A DNA stretch of 64,000 nucleotides, from assembly GCF_044704955.1 (NCBI RefSeq), contig NC_092008.1:11842001-11906000 (forward strand), read 5' to 3'. Shown one piece after another: positions 29,721 through 45,355 of this stretch. Source of the DNA: Pristiophorus japonicus (taxonomy: Eukaryota). Positions within the stretch are counted from its first letter, which is position 1. Each line of letters begins with the position of its first letter. Under the pieces are notes generated by a model, which saw only the letters and a program-made list of their open reading frames with translations, ran no database searches and was not told where the DNA came from. The translations under genes and the position numbers were made by a program.

Positions 29721-29851
29721 TATTTATACCGCGCGGGTCAGAACGCTGCTATTCAGTCAAATCGGCCTCTGATTGGTCGGTGAGATAAAGGGCTGCGGTT
29801 GCTTGTGGAAACAGAAACACTGAAGGTTCGAAGGTGCTGAGCGCTGATTGG
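29721..29851 (-). promoter_or_regulatory. Core promoter of tubulin copy 1: TATA box and two CCAAT boxes
   Basis: TATAAATA at 29728-29721; CCAAT(CAG) at 29776-29772 and 29851-29847; GC-rich context. Confidence 0.8.
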
Positions 29852-29899
29852 TCCTTTGTGTACAAGGCGGAACATGAGGCAAGAAGTGAGCAGCTTTGA

Positions 29900-32724
29900 C
29901 TATCAGATTATTATCAATAAAACCCCGATCAATCAGAACATCAGCAATCAGATCCGCATCGATCACACCCCCATTAACCGCAGCTCAATCAATCACATCA
30001 CAGCAATTAGACCCTAATTAATCCCACATCAATCAGACCCCATCAATCACACCCACATCAATCAAACGCACACATATCAACTCTTCATTCATCAAACAAC
30101 CATCAACGACACCTCCAACAATCAGGTCGCAATCAACCACAGGCGCATCACACCCTATCTATCAGATACTCTTCAATTACATCCACAACTATCAGTTTAA
30201 CTTATACCACAATGCAGGCAATCAGACCATTAGAACCCCATCAAGCCAATGCCATTGATCAGACCCTCATCGATCAGACAGCCACCTATCAAATGTCGTC
30301 TATCAGACTGCCATGTATCAGATTCCATCTATCATGATCTCATCTGTCAAATCCCATGTATCAGACTTCCGTCAATTCCCTCCTCTTTATCCCACCCCAT
30401 CTATAAAAATACTATCTATCAAAACCCCTACAATCAGACCCCGACCTATCAGACCACAGCAGTTAGACACGCATCTATCAAACCCCCATAGAAAATAGGA
30501 ACATCTGTTGGCCAATCGATCCTTCAAGTCTGCATGGCTGATCCTCTATCTCGACACCTTATTCCCGCTTTCCCCTACACCGCTTGATATGCTTTGTACC
30601 TAGAAATCTATCTCCCTCTTAAATATATTCAGTGACTTGGCCTCCACAGCCTTCTGTGGTAGAGAATTCCACAGGTTCACCACCCTCCGAGTGAAATACA
30701 TTTTCCTAATCTCGGTCTTAAATTTCCTACCCTGTATCCTGAGACTGTGACTCCTTGTTCTAGACTGCCCAGCCTGGGGGAAACATCCTCCCCGCATCCA
30801 GTCTGTCCAACCCTCTCAGAATTGTGTATGTTTCAATGAGATCCCCTCTCATTCTTCGAACTCTTGTGAATACAGGCGTAGTAGACCCAATCTCTCCTCA
30901 TACGACAATCCCACCATCCCAGCAATCAGTTTGATGAACCTTCCCTGCACGCCCTCTATGGCAAGTTTATCTTTTCTTCGGTAAGGAGACCAAAACTGCA
31001 CACACTACTCCAACTGCGGTCTCACCAAGACCCTGTATAACTGTAGTAAGGCATCCTTTTCCTGCACTCAAATCCTCTTGCAATGAAGGCCATCTGCACA
31101 ACCACCATATTTCAAAACCCCAACTATTGCATGCGCATCTCTCAGAACCCCATTTTGATAACCCGTCTTATGGACCCACATCTATCTCAACACCATCTAT
31201 CATACCCCATTATATCAGAACTCATTTTACAATCTTCCATCTATCAGATCCTAATCTATAAGGCCCCCATCTATCAGAGCTCATCTATCACATCCGCACC
31301 TATCACACCCCTCTCTTCAGACGCATCTCTCAAACTTCCATCTGAGTCCCGTATATATCAACATCCCGTCTGTCAAAACCCCATGTGTCAGACCCCCTTC
31401 TATCAGACTCCAAAATATCAGAACTCATCTGTCAGACCCACATCTATCAAATTCCCATCTGTAAACCCCATGTATTAAAACCCCAATATCGCCCGCAACT
31501 CTCAGACCCACATCTATAAATCCTCCATGTTTCAGAACCCAGCTTTTGTACCCACATCTATTTCAGACCCATCGATCATATCCAAATATATCAGAACTCA
31601 TCTATCAAACCCCTTCTATCAGACCCCAGCTGCCAGACCTACACCTATCAAATTCCCATCTGTCGAATTCCCATCTAACGGACCCCAAACCTCAATTCCC
31701 TGACTCATACCCATCTACCACACCCACACCAATCAGACGCACATCTATCAAACCACCAGCAGTCAGACACTCGTCAATCCGAGCTCCATTAATCAAATCT
31801 CCATCAATCAAATCGCCATCATCCACAGACGCTTCACAGCACATCTATCTGACCCTGACCAATTCCACCTCCAGCTCTCAGATCAACATATCAGACTCCA
31901 AGCAATCAGAATCCCGTCAATCGGAACCAAGCTATCAGCTAGCACATATGTTGGATTCCCATCTATCTGACCCTCACCTAACAGACCAGCCCCAGCTATG
32001 AGGATGACATGTATCAGATCCCATCTAGCAAAAAAACACATTTATCAGACCACCATATGCCAGAAACAATCTCTCAGAACCACATCTAACATAACCCCAG
32101 CTATCTGATCCCACCTAGCTGATCTGCATCAATCAGACAGTTACCTTTCAAAACCCCATCTGTCAAAACCCCATCTATCAAAAAGCACATCTATCAGACC
32201 CGCATTTATCAGATAACCATCTTTCAGACAACCATCTTTTCGAACCCATATATCAATTCCACGTCTATCAGAACCCCATCCAGCAGAGCCCCATCTATCG
32301 GATCTCATCTATCAGACCCCCACCTACCAAATCCCCATCTATCAGGCGCACAGCTATCAGAATCCATCTAACAACCCCGTATCTTTCAGTCCCCCTTCCA
32401 TCAGACCCCGAACTATTAGAATCCCATCGATCAGATGCACATCATTTTGACTGCCATCGATCAGACCCACGTGTACCAAAACCCCTTCTATAAGAAACCC
32501 ATATAGGAGAACATGCATCTATTTGACTCCCATCATTCAGACCCGCATATAGCAAAAATTCTTCTCGCTGTCCCTCATTTATTATCCACCAATCTACCAG
32601 AACCGCATCTATCAGAACTGCAACAATCAAAAAACGCATCCATTGCCCCCCATCTATCAGAGCCGCATATAACAATCCCCTCGTATCAGACGACTATCCA
32701 TCAGACCCCCATCGATCACAACTA
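29900..32724 (+). repeat. Highly degenerate satellite (CATCTATCAGA variant) containing a CR1 fragment
   Basis: ~15-bp periodic CCCCATCTATCAGA units. Confidence 0.85.
30487..31093 (-). mobile_element. CR1 3' fragment
   Basis: RTRSHSLRI...RVVNLWNSLPQKAVEA; tail remnant catagaaaatagg. Confidence 0.88.
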
Positions 32725-33150
32725 ATCGATCTTGCAAACTAGCGCCCAATTTCCAAACTCCCGTTCCTTTCCAATGTCCTGGAACGTTTTGTCACATCCC
32801 GAATCGGTGCCCATCTTTCCTACATCTCTATATTTGAATCCCTCCAATCAGGGTTCGGCCCCTGCTCGAGTATCGAAACGGCGCTCATCAAAGTCACATA
32901 TCCCATCCTCTGTGACTGCCACACTGTCCCTCCTCATACTTACTGACTTACACAGCATAAATAACACCGCATATTTCCACCTCAGTATCATTGGCCATCT
33001 CTGCTCCGGCCTCACTAATCCCTTGCTGAAACCCTCACCCATGCCCTTGATAATAGTAACCTCGAATATTCCAATGCACCCCTGGCAGGCCTACCATGTT
33101 CAACACTCGGTAAACCAGAGGTCAGCCAAAACTCAGCTGCCTGTGACTGT
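32725..33150 (+). mobile_element. L2-clade RT fragment, paralog of 12991-13512
   Basis: Same satellite-L2 junction (aactaatc.atcttgcaaacta.cgcccaatttccaa) and same internal deletion (gacttacacagcata). Confidence 0.8.
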
Positions 33151-35045
33151 ACTCCAAGGCCGTAGAAGTTATGCTACAGCTATACAAAGCCCTGGTTAGA
33201 GCACACCTGGATTACAATGAACAGTTCTAGGCACTGCACATTAGGAGGGATATACTTGCCTTGGAAGGAGTGCAGCACAGATTACATAAGAACATAAGAA
33301 GATAAGAAATAGGAGCAGGAGCAGGCCATGCTGCCCCTCAAGCCTGCTCTGCCATTTAATATGATCATGGCTGAACTGATCCTGGACGCAGGTCCAGTTC
33401 CCTGCCCACTCTCCATAACCCCTTTTTCCCTTACCGTTTAAGAAACTGTCTTAAATTTATTCAATGTCCCAGCTTCCACAGCTCTGAGGCAGCGAATTCT
33501 ACAGATCCATAACCATTTGAGAGAAGAAATATCTCCTCATCACAGTTTTAAATGGGCGGCGCCTTATTCTAAGATTATGCCCCCTAGTTCTAGTTTCCCC
33601 TATCTGTAGAAATATCATCTCTGCATCATCCTTGTCAAGCCTGTTCATAATCTTATACGTTTCGATAAGATGACTTCTCATTCTTCTCAAATCAATGAGT
33701 AGAGGCACAACCTACTCAACCTTTCCCCATAAGTCAACCCCCTCATCTCTGGAATCGACCTTGTGAACCTTCTTTGAACTGCCTACAAAGCAAGTATATC
33801 CTTTCGTAAATATGGAAACCAATCTGCACGCAGAACTCCAGGTGTGGCCTTACCAATACCCTGCAGAGCTATAGCAAGACTTCCCTGCTTTTCTACTCCA
33901 TCCCTTTTGCAATAAAGGCAAGATTCCATTGGCCTTCCTGATCACTTGCTGTACCTGCATACTAACCTTTTGTGTTTCATGCACAAGTACCCCCAGGTTC
34001 CGCTGTACTGCGGCACTTTTCAATCTTTCTCCATTTAAATAATAACGTGCTCTTTGATTTTTCCCGACAAAGTTTCCCTTACATTTTCCAACATTCTACT
34101 CCATCTGCCAAATTTCTGCCCACTCACTTAGCCTGTCTATGTTCTTTTGCAGATTTTTTGTGTCCTCCTCACATAATGCTTTTCCTACCAACTTTGTATC
34201 GTCAGCAAACGTGGCTACGTTACACTCAGTCCCTCCTTCCAAGTCGTTAATATAGATTGCAAATAGTTGGGGTCCCAGCACTGATCCCTGCGGCACCCCA
34301 GAATGATACCCAGACTCCAAGATTTAAAATATGAGAAGAGGTTGCACAAACCCATGTTAATGCCCTGGAAATTAGAAGGTAACATTTGATTTGATGGAAA
34401 TTTTCAAGATATTATGAGGAACTGAGAAGGTCGATAAAGAGAAATGATTTTTGCTGGTTTGAAGCTCTAGGTTTCGCGGCAAAATTTGAAAATTGGAGCC
34501 AAAACGTTCCGGAGTGAAGTTAGCAAGTTAAGAGTGAAGTGGAAGAATGAAAGACGACATAGGAACAAAGCTTTTTTTATGCAGCGAGTGGTTAGGATCT
34601 GGAATACATTGCCCAAAAGTGTGGAGGAGGCAGATTGCATCGCGACTTTCAAAAGGGAATAGCTGAAGGATAAGAAATGCAGGGCCACAGGGAAAGGGCT
34701 GGGGAGTGGGACTGGCTGAAGTGCCATTGCAGAGAGCCGGCACGGGTTCGACCGGCCGAATGGCCTCGTTCTGTGCTGTAAACATTCTATGTTTCTATAA
34801 TTCTATAATTCTCAGAAACCATTCTAAACGCAAAGGATGGTACAAATATGGAACTCTCTTCCACAAACGGCAATTTTGTTAGATGAATTGATAATGTTAA
34901 GTCTGACCAAGCAAAGGTATTCAGGGATATGGGGCAAAGGTGGATATAAGGATTTACGACGCGGACCAACCACGATCTCATTGAATGGTGGATTAGGCTC
35001 CAGGAGATAAATGACAAAATCTTAGTCCTTTGTTCCTATGAATTC
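33151..35045. mobile_element. Nested CR1 cluster: old plus-strand CR1 3' ends interrupted by a minus-strand CR1 (~33285-34300)
   Basis: cataagaacataagaa tail at 33285; [20 protein letters not shown] on minus; plus-strand tail ttctatgtttctataattct at ~34786-34810. Confidence 0.85.
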
Positions 35046-35049
35046 TAAT

Positions 35050-35588
35050 CGATATCCACTCAGACGGAATCATCTATCAAACCAGCATTAGGAAGGCCGC
35101 TATCTTTCCCAGTCACATACATTTGGGCCCATCTAGCGGATGACCATCAATCAGACACCCTTCATCAGGTTGACTTCAATCAAACCACATCTATCAGATC
35201 CCATCTGTGATGCTCATATCAATTAGACACCTATCAGTCAGACTCCCGTCAGTCAGACCGCCATCAAACAGATTGCAACCTGGGAGATCCATCATTAAAC
35301 AGCAATTAGACCGCATCAAGCACATTCCTATCCATCAGACCGCAATCGGCAAATTTTCATCTAATAGACTGAATCTAACAAATTTATAACGTCCATTTAT
35401 TAGTACCCCATCAATCAGATTCCAATCCATCGGACCTCCTTTCAGCAGTCTCCATCTATCAGACCGCAACTTTCAGAATTCTAAACTCGATTTATCAGAG
35501 ACCCTATCAGAGAGAGTTCCGTCAATTAGACTCTCATCTATCAGAAGCACATCTGTCTGTATCCATCAGATTCCCATATATCAGATCT
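35050..35588 (+). repeat. Degenerate 15-bp satellite
   Basis: Shares landmark sequences (ctgggagatccatcatta, ttcagaattctaaact) with 23397-23700. Confidence 0.8.
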
Positions 35589-38500
35589 TTATCTGGGCGG
35601 AGAGGGTGAACTGCCAGAGCTCGTGGTCCATATCAGCACCAATGACATAGGGAGAAAGAGGGATGAGGTCTCGCAGGCAGAGTTTAATGAGTTCGGAGAG
35701 AGATTGAACAGCAGGACCTCAACGGTAGAAATCTCTGGATTACTCCCAGTGTCATGAGCTGGTGAGTACAGAAATATGAGCAGAGAGAAGATGGTGCAAG
35801 AGGGAGGGCTTTTGGTTCCTGAGATATTGGGACAGCTTCTGGGAGAGGTGGGACCTGTACAAGCTGGACGGTTTGCACAGGGACCAATATCCCAGCGGGG
35901 AGCGGAGGGGAGGGGCGGGGGGAGGTCGCTAGAGCTGTTGGGGAGGGTTTGAACTAGCTTGGTAGGGGGATTGGAACCTGATAATAGATTCAGTAGGGAG
36001 GGGAGGACATCTGGAATTAGAAAGCAAAAATGAAGAATGTGATTTTGAAGGACAGAGGAAAGAAACAGGAAAAAAAAGCGCAAAGAAAACAAATTTAAAA
36101 GATCTTTGTCAAAATGCACATAGCATTCGTAAAAATATAGATGAGTTGACGGCACAAATATATATAAATGGGTATGATCTGATAGCCATTAGAGACGTGG
36201 TTGCAAGGTGACCAGGATTGGGAACTAAATATTCAGGGATAATTGATTCGGAAGGACAGACTGAAAGGAATAGGAGGTGGGGTGTCACTGTTCATAAAAG
36301 ATGCGATCAGTGAGTTATTGAGAAACGTTATTGCTTCAGAGGATCAAGATGTTGAATCAGTTTGAGTGGAGATAAGGAATAAGGATAGGGGACCGAAAGG
36401 CATAAACCTTCGGCCCCCTAACAGTAGCTACACTGTTGGACGGAGTATAAATCAACAAATAATGGAGACTTGTAATAAAGGAATGGCAATAATCTTGAGT
36501 CATTTTAACCTTCATATTGATTGGACAATGCAAATTGGCCAAGGTTGCCTTGAGAAGGAGTTCATAGTGCTTCTCCGGGATAGTTTCCTTGAACATTACG
36601 TTGTGGAACCAACCAGGGAGCAGGCTATCTTAGATCTAGTACTGTGTAATAGGGCAGGATTAATAAATGATCCCATAGAAAAAGATCCATCAGGAATGAG
36701 TGACCAATATATGGTTGAATTTCAAATTCAATTGGAGGGTGAGAAAGTTGCTTCTCAAACCAGGGTCCTAAGCTTAAATAAAGGAGACTACAAAGGTATG
36801 AGGGCAGAGTCGGCGAAAATGGGCTGGAAAAATAGACACAAGAATGGGACAGTTGATGAGCAGTGGCAGACATTTAAGGAGATATTTCATAACTCGCAAC
36901 AAAAATATATCTCAATGAGAAGGAAAGACTGTAAGAGAAGGATAACCATCCGTGGTTAACTAAGGAAATAAGGGATGGTATCAAATTGAAAATAAAGGTG
37001 TACAATGTGGCCAAGATTAGTGGGAAGCTAAAGGATTGGGATATTTTTTAAATTCCAGCAGAGAACGATCAAAAACATGATAAAGAGAGGGTAGATAGAT
37101 TATGAAATTGAACTAGCACGAAATATAAAAACAGACAGTAGGAGTTTCTTGAGGTACATAAAAATGAAAAGAGTGGCTAAAGTAAATGTTGGTCCCCTGG
37201 AGGATGAGACTGGGGAATTAATAATGGAGAACGGGGAAATGCCAGAGACGTTGAACACATATTTTGTATCGGTCTTCAAGGTAGAAGACGTGAAAAACAT
37301 CCTAATAATGGATGATCAAGGGGCTATAGGTGGGGAGGAATTTAATACAATCACTATCAGAAATGAAGTAGTACTAGTTAAAATAATGGGACTAAAGGCG
37401 GACAAGTCCCATGGATATTCTAAGGTCTTAGAAATATAGAAACATAGAAAATAGGTTAAGGAGTAGACCATTCGGCCCTTCGAGCCTGGTGCACCATACA
37501 ATATGTTCATGGCTGATCATGCAACTTCAGTACCCCTTTCCTGCTTTCTCTCCATACCCCTTGTTCCCTTAAGCCGTAAGGGCCACAGCTAACCTTTTTT
37601 TGAATATATCTAACGAACTGGCCTCAACAACTTTCTGTGGTAGAGAATTCCACAGGTTCACAATTCTCTGAGTGAAGAAGTTCCTCCTCTCCTTGGTCCT
37701 AAATGGCTTACCCCTTATCCTTTGACTGTGACCCCTGGTTTTGGACTTCCCCAACATCGGGAACATTCTTCCTGCATCTAACCTGTCCAATCCCGTCAGA
37801 ATTTTATATGTTTCTATGAGATTCCCTCTCATTCTTCTAAATTCCAGTGATTATAAGCCTAGTCGATCCCATCTTTCTTCATATGTCAGTCCTGCCATCC
37901 CAGGAATCAGTCTGGAGAACCTTCGCTGCACTCCCTCTGTTTGGATGGGAAAGCAAATTGTGAGGAGTACACAAAAAATCTGCAAAGGGATATAGACAGG
38001 CTAACATTTGTTAGATGGAGGATAATGAGGGAAAATGTGAGGTTATCCATTTTGGCAGAGATAATAGAAAAGCAAATTCTAATTTAAATGGAGAAACATT
38101 GCAAAGTGCTGGAGTACAGAGAGACCTGGGGTTCCTTGTGCATGAAACAGACAACGTTAGTATGCAGGTACATCAAGTAACCAGGAAGGCAAATGGAATG
38201 TTGCCATTTATTGCAAGGGGGATAGAGTATAAATGCAGAGAAGTCCTGCCAGATATGTACAGGCTATTGGTGAGGCCACACCTGGAGTACTGCATGTAGT
38301 TTTGGTTTCCATATTTAAGGTAGGATATACTTGCATTGGAGGCTGTTCAGAGAAGGTTCACAGAGATGAGGGGTTGACTTATGAGAATAGGTTGAGCCGA
38401 TACACATTGGAGTTCAGAAGAATGAGAGGTGATTTGATTGAAACTTATAAGATAATGATGGACCTCGACAAGGTGGATGCAGAGAGGATATTGCCACTCA

Positions 38501-38806
38501 TAGGGGAAAATAAAACTAGGGAACAGTCTTAGAATAAGGGGCCACCTATTTAAAACGGAGATGAGGAGAAAATTCTTCTCTCAGTGGGCTGTAAATCAGA
38601 ATATTTCGCAGCCCCAGAGAGCTGTGGAGGCTGGGTCATTGAATATATTTAAGGCCGAGATATACAGATTTTTGTGCGATAAGGGAGTTATGGGGAGCGG
38701 GCAGGGAAGTGGAGCTGGATCCATTATCAGATCAGCGATGATATTGAATGGCAGAGCAGGCTCAAGTGGCCAGATGGCCGACTCCTGCTCCTATTTCTTA
38801 TGTTCT
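35589..38806 (+). mobile_element. CR1 (ORF1 end + ORF2, disrupted) with nested minus-strand CR1 3' end at ~37432-37937
   Basis: Endonuclease motifs RPPN, EPTREQAILDLVLCN; RPHLEYC; nested element tail atagaaacatagaaaatagg at ~37436. Confidence 0.9.
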
Positions 38807-40092
38807 AATCACCAACCAGACCCACATTTATTAGAGTATCATGTATCCACCCCATCAGTCAGCTGCCCATCAATGAGATTCTCAATCAGATTCCGATCAA
38901 TGTGACCCCCATCAATCAAACCCGAATTAATCAGACCTACTTCTATCAGTGTACAATCTATCTGCCCCATCAATCAGATGTCCATCAAGCTGGCTCCTTT
39001 CTATCAGCCCCCATGAAGAAAGTTCTCATTAAACCGTCGCTCATCTGTCAGACACCCATCCATCAGATTCCAATTAAACAAATGCCCATTAATCAGATTC
39101 CCCTCAATCCCAACTTCTAGAATCAGCATTACCTTTATAAGATCCCTATCAGACCACATAAATCAGACCCACACCTATCAGATCCCAATCTGTGAGTCTC
39201 TTCAGCGACCCATATCAATCAGAGCCCCATCATTCAGATTCCCAACAATTAGACACCCAATCAAATCCCCAGCCTAAGACATCCGCATCTATCAGATCCC
39301 CATCAATCAGAGTCACATCAATCAGATTACCATAAATCGGACCCCGATCTAACAGACCCCAAATCTATGAGATCTTCATCTATCAAACAAATCATCAACA
39401 GGATCTCACATATGACATCCCCATCTATCAGAATCAAATCTGTGATTCCCATCAATGTGCCACACTAAACGGACTCCCATCTATCAGACCACAATCAATC
39501 AGATTCCCACCAATCAGATTCCTACCAATCAGTTTCCATACATCAGACCCCCATCTAACAGGACCCATCCAACAGCCCCCATTTAACAGGCCCCCATCAA
39601 TCAAACCACATCTATCAGATCCAATCTGCGATGCTCATATCTATTGGACACTTATCAGTCAGGCTCCCTTCAGTCAGTCCCCCATCAAACAGATCACAAC
39701 TGGGAGACACCCATCCATCATATTCCAATTAAACAAATGCCCATTAATCAGATTTCCCTCAATCTCAACTCCGAGAATCAGAATTCCCTTTCTCAGATCC
39801 CTATCTATCAGACTCCCATCATTCAGATTCCCATCAATCAGATTCCCAATCACGTTTCCAATCAGGTTTCCATCTAGCAGACCCCCAATTGAAGAGATCC
39901 ACATCGATCAGATCCCCATCAATCCGATTCCTATAACTCAGAACCAGATCTATCAGACCCCAAATCCATGAGGTCTCCATCTATCAGACGTCCATCGTTA
40001 GATTCCCATCTAACAGGCCCCCATCAATCAGACACCCATTTATCAGGCCTATATGTGTCAGATACTTTATCTATGAGAGCAACCATCTATCA
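38807..40092 (+). repeat. Degenerate 15-bp satellite
   Basis: Paralogous to 16133-16985, 23397-23510 and 25115-26682. Confidence 0.9.
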
Positions 40093-40361
40093 ATGGGGGG
40101 TGTTTTGGTGACTGAAGTGCTGTGTGACACCAGGACTGCAGCCCTGTGGAGATGCATTAATCCCTGTCCTCGGTCCATTGATCCTCTTCTAACTTCAACC
40201 TTCTTCCTTTACACTGTGTTCTCAATCCCTTTTCATGTATTTGGGAATTTTACATCGACACAACTCCAAAATCATTCAAAATAAATGTATTAATTAATGA
40301 TAATGTATTACATCAGTGTGAATTAAAGTTACACTATTTTTACTTCTTAAATTAATAAATC

Positions 40362-43056
<2,695 letters not shown>

Positions 43057-43111
43057 GATCTCCGTATATTCTCGCAGCTCCAGAGAATGTGGCGGGTGTC
43101 GCCGCTCCCGC

Positions 43112-43242
43112 TATTTATACCGCGCGGGTCAGAACGCTGCTATTCAGTCAAATCGGCCTCTGATTGGTCGGTGAGATAAAGGGCTGCGGTTGCTTGTGGA
43201 AACAGAAACACTGAAGGTTCGAAGGTGCTGAGCGCTGATTGG
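43112..43242 (-). promoter_or_regulatory. Core promoter of tubulin copy 2: TATA box and two CCAAT boxes
   Basis: TATAAATA at 43119-43112; CCAAT at ~43167-43163 and ~43242-43238; appears identical to the copy 1 promoter. Confidence 0.8.
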
Positions 43243-43290
43243 TCCTTTGTGTACAAGGCGGAACATGAGGCAAGAAGTGAGCAGCTTTGA

Positions 43291-43754
43291 CTATCAGATG
43301 ATTGATCGGGGTTTTACTGACAATCAGAACATCAGCAATCAGATCCGCAACTATCACCCCCCCCCCCCGTTAACCGCAGCTCAATCAATCACATCAGATC
43401 ACATCGCATCAATTAGACCTAATCACACCACATCAATCAGACCCCATCAATCACACCAACATCAAACAGACCAAATCAATCAGTCCCCATCAATCATACC
43501 ACATCAATCAGATCCCCATCGACCGCACCCCCATGAACCATACCACAATCAATCACAGAAATCAGACCGCATCAATCAGCTTCCTACCCATCAGACCCAC
43601 AGTCATAAAATTTCCATCTATCAGACAGCAGCTAACAAATTTCTAAACTCCATTTATTAGAACCCCATCAATCAGAATCCAATCCATCAAACCCCCTTTC
43701 ATCTGTCTCCATCTATCAGACCCGCAACTTTCAGAATTCTAATCTCCATTTATC
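43291..43754 (+). repeat. Degenerate 15-bp satellite
   Basis: ATCAATCAGA units; begins like 29900-30060. Confidence 0.85.
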
Positions 43755-43789
43755 ATTGCAAAGAGGAACTTAGGGATATTTGGAAAAGC

Positions 43790-43938
43790 ATGAAAGACAG
43801 TACCTTCGACAGTACGGCACTCCGTCAGCACTGCAATGGAATGTTGGTCCAGATTTATGTGCTTAAGTACGTAGAGTGAGACTTGAACCCACAACCTTCT
43901 GACTCAGAGATGATTGTGCGATCCACTGAGCCACAGCT
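43790..43938 (-). mobile_element. tRNA-derived SINE fragment, DeuSINE/SacSINE1-like
   Basis: Minus strand has A-box TGGCTCAGTGG and B-box GGTTCAAGTC, then tgcagtgctgacggagtgccgtactgtcgaaggtactgtcttt, which resembles the Deu conserved domain; truncated. Confidence 0.7.
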
Positions 43939-43962
43939 GACACACATACAGCTGACATACAT

Positions 43963-45060
43963 AAGGCCATAAAAAAGCAAACCAGGCACTAGGGTACATT
44001 TCTAGAGGGACAGAATTGAGAAGGACTGAAGTTATGCTACACTTGTACCGAACCTTGGTTCGACCACATTTGGAGTATTGTGTGCAATTCTGGTCGCCAT
44101 ATTATAAAAAGGATAGAGAGGCACTGGAGAGGCTGCATAGAAGATTTACAAGGATGAGACCAGAAAGGTGAAGGTGTACATATCAGGAAAGGATGAACAG
44201 ACTGGGTCTCTTTGCTCTTAAAAAGAGAAGGCCGAGAGGTGACCTAATAGAGGTCTTTAAAATCACGAAAGGTTTTAATAGATTAGTTACGCAGATCATT
44301 TGTCCACTTGTGGGGAAGAGCATAACTAGAGGCCATCAATATAAAATAATCACCAAAAAATCAAATAGGCAATTCAGAAGAAACTTATTTACCCAGAGAG
44401 TGGGGAGAATGTGCAACTCCATACCACAGGGAATAGTTGATGAAAATAGTATCGATGCATTTAAGGGGAGGCTAGAGAAGCATATGAGGGAGACGGGAAT
44501 ACAAGGTGATGCTGAGAGAGTTGGACGCAGGGCCCTGGAACATGAGGGGCCGCCCCGACCCGTGTGAGAACACCACCGCAGGTCGGGGCTATAAATAGAG
44601 CTGGAGCGCCGGACCCTGAGACCTCGTGGGCGACGGTACGGAGAATGAGGGTAGGGGGCGAGTGCTGAGGGGCAGCACGGGGCCAGCCCACACTGTGCGA
44701 TATGTGCGCGCACTCGGTCCTGCAGCAGAACAGATCTCCAGTCGTCCTGGTTAACCCGTGCCACTGGACCAAGACCTCGCTCTGTCAAGCCCGTGTGGTG
44801 GCTGGTGTGCAACGGTCACCCCACGTTAAAAAAATCCACCCACAGGCACCTTCCACCCTTTCAGTTGGAGTTCTGGACTGCAACATCAGGTCCTTCGCGA
44901 AACATCTGTGAACTCTTGTGGAAGCAAGTCATCCTCGTTCGAGGGAACGCCTGTGAAGGTGTGAGATGCGGAAAGCTGGGAGGAGGTTCGAGTGATGCAT
45001 AAACGCCGGCATGGACTGTTTGAGCCAAATGGTCTGCTTCTGCGTTGTATATCCTATGGA
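43963..45060 (+). mobile_element. Old CR1 3' part interrupted by a ~430-bp GC-rich insertion (~44525-44955)
   Basis: RPHLEYCVQFWSP, RRPRGDLIEVFKI, TRGHQYKI; the CR1 3' UTR resumes after ~44955. Confidence 0.8.
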
Positions 45061-45069
45061 AAATGCTCT

Positions 45070-45355
45070 TCCACTGATATCCATTCCACCTGTCTAGCTT
45101 TATTCCCTGAAACTAAATGCAGGATCGCCATCTGTCTTGTCGGGCTTGCTATGTCCTGGCTAATAAAGTTCTCCTGAATGCATTTTAAGAATTCTGCACC
45201 TTCGATACCTTTTATACTAATTCAATATGCCAGTTAATGTTAGGGTCGTTAAAATCCCCTATTATTACTGTCCTATTGTTATTGCATTGCTCAGAAATTA
45301 ACCTATATATTTTCTCTTCTGTGTCCCTCTGACTATGTGGGGGTCTGTAGTACAT
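45070..45355 (-). mobile_element. Old CR1 endonuclease fragment
   Basis: YRPP...VIMGDFN.P.INW on the minus strand. Confidence 0.65.

Noticed and set aside
43860-43938. Possible tRNA gene
   Set aside because: A and B boxes are present but there is no convincing cloverleaf, and it continues into a SINE body
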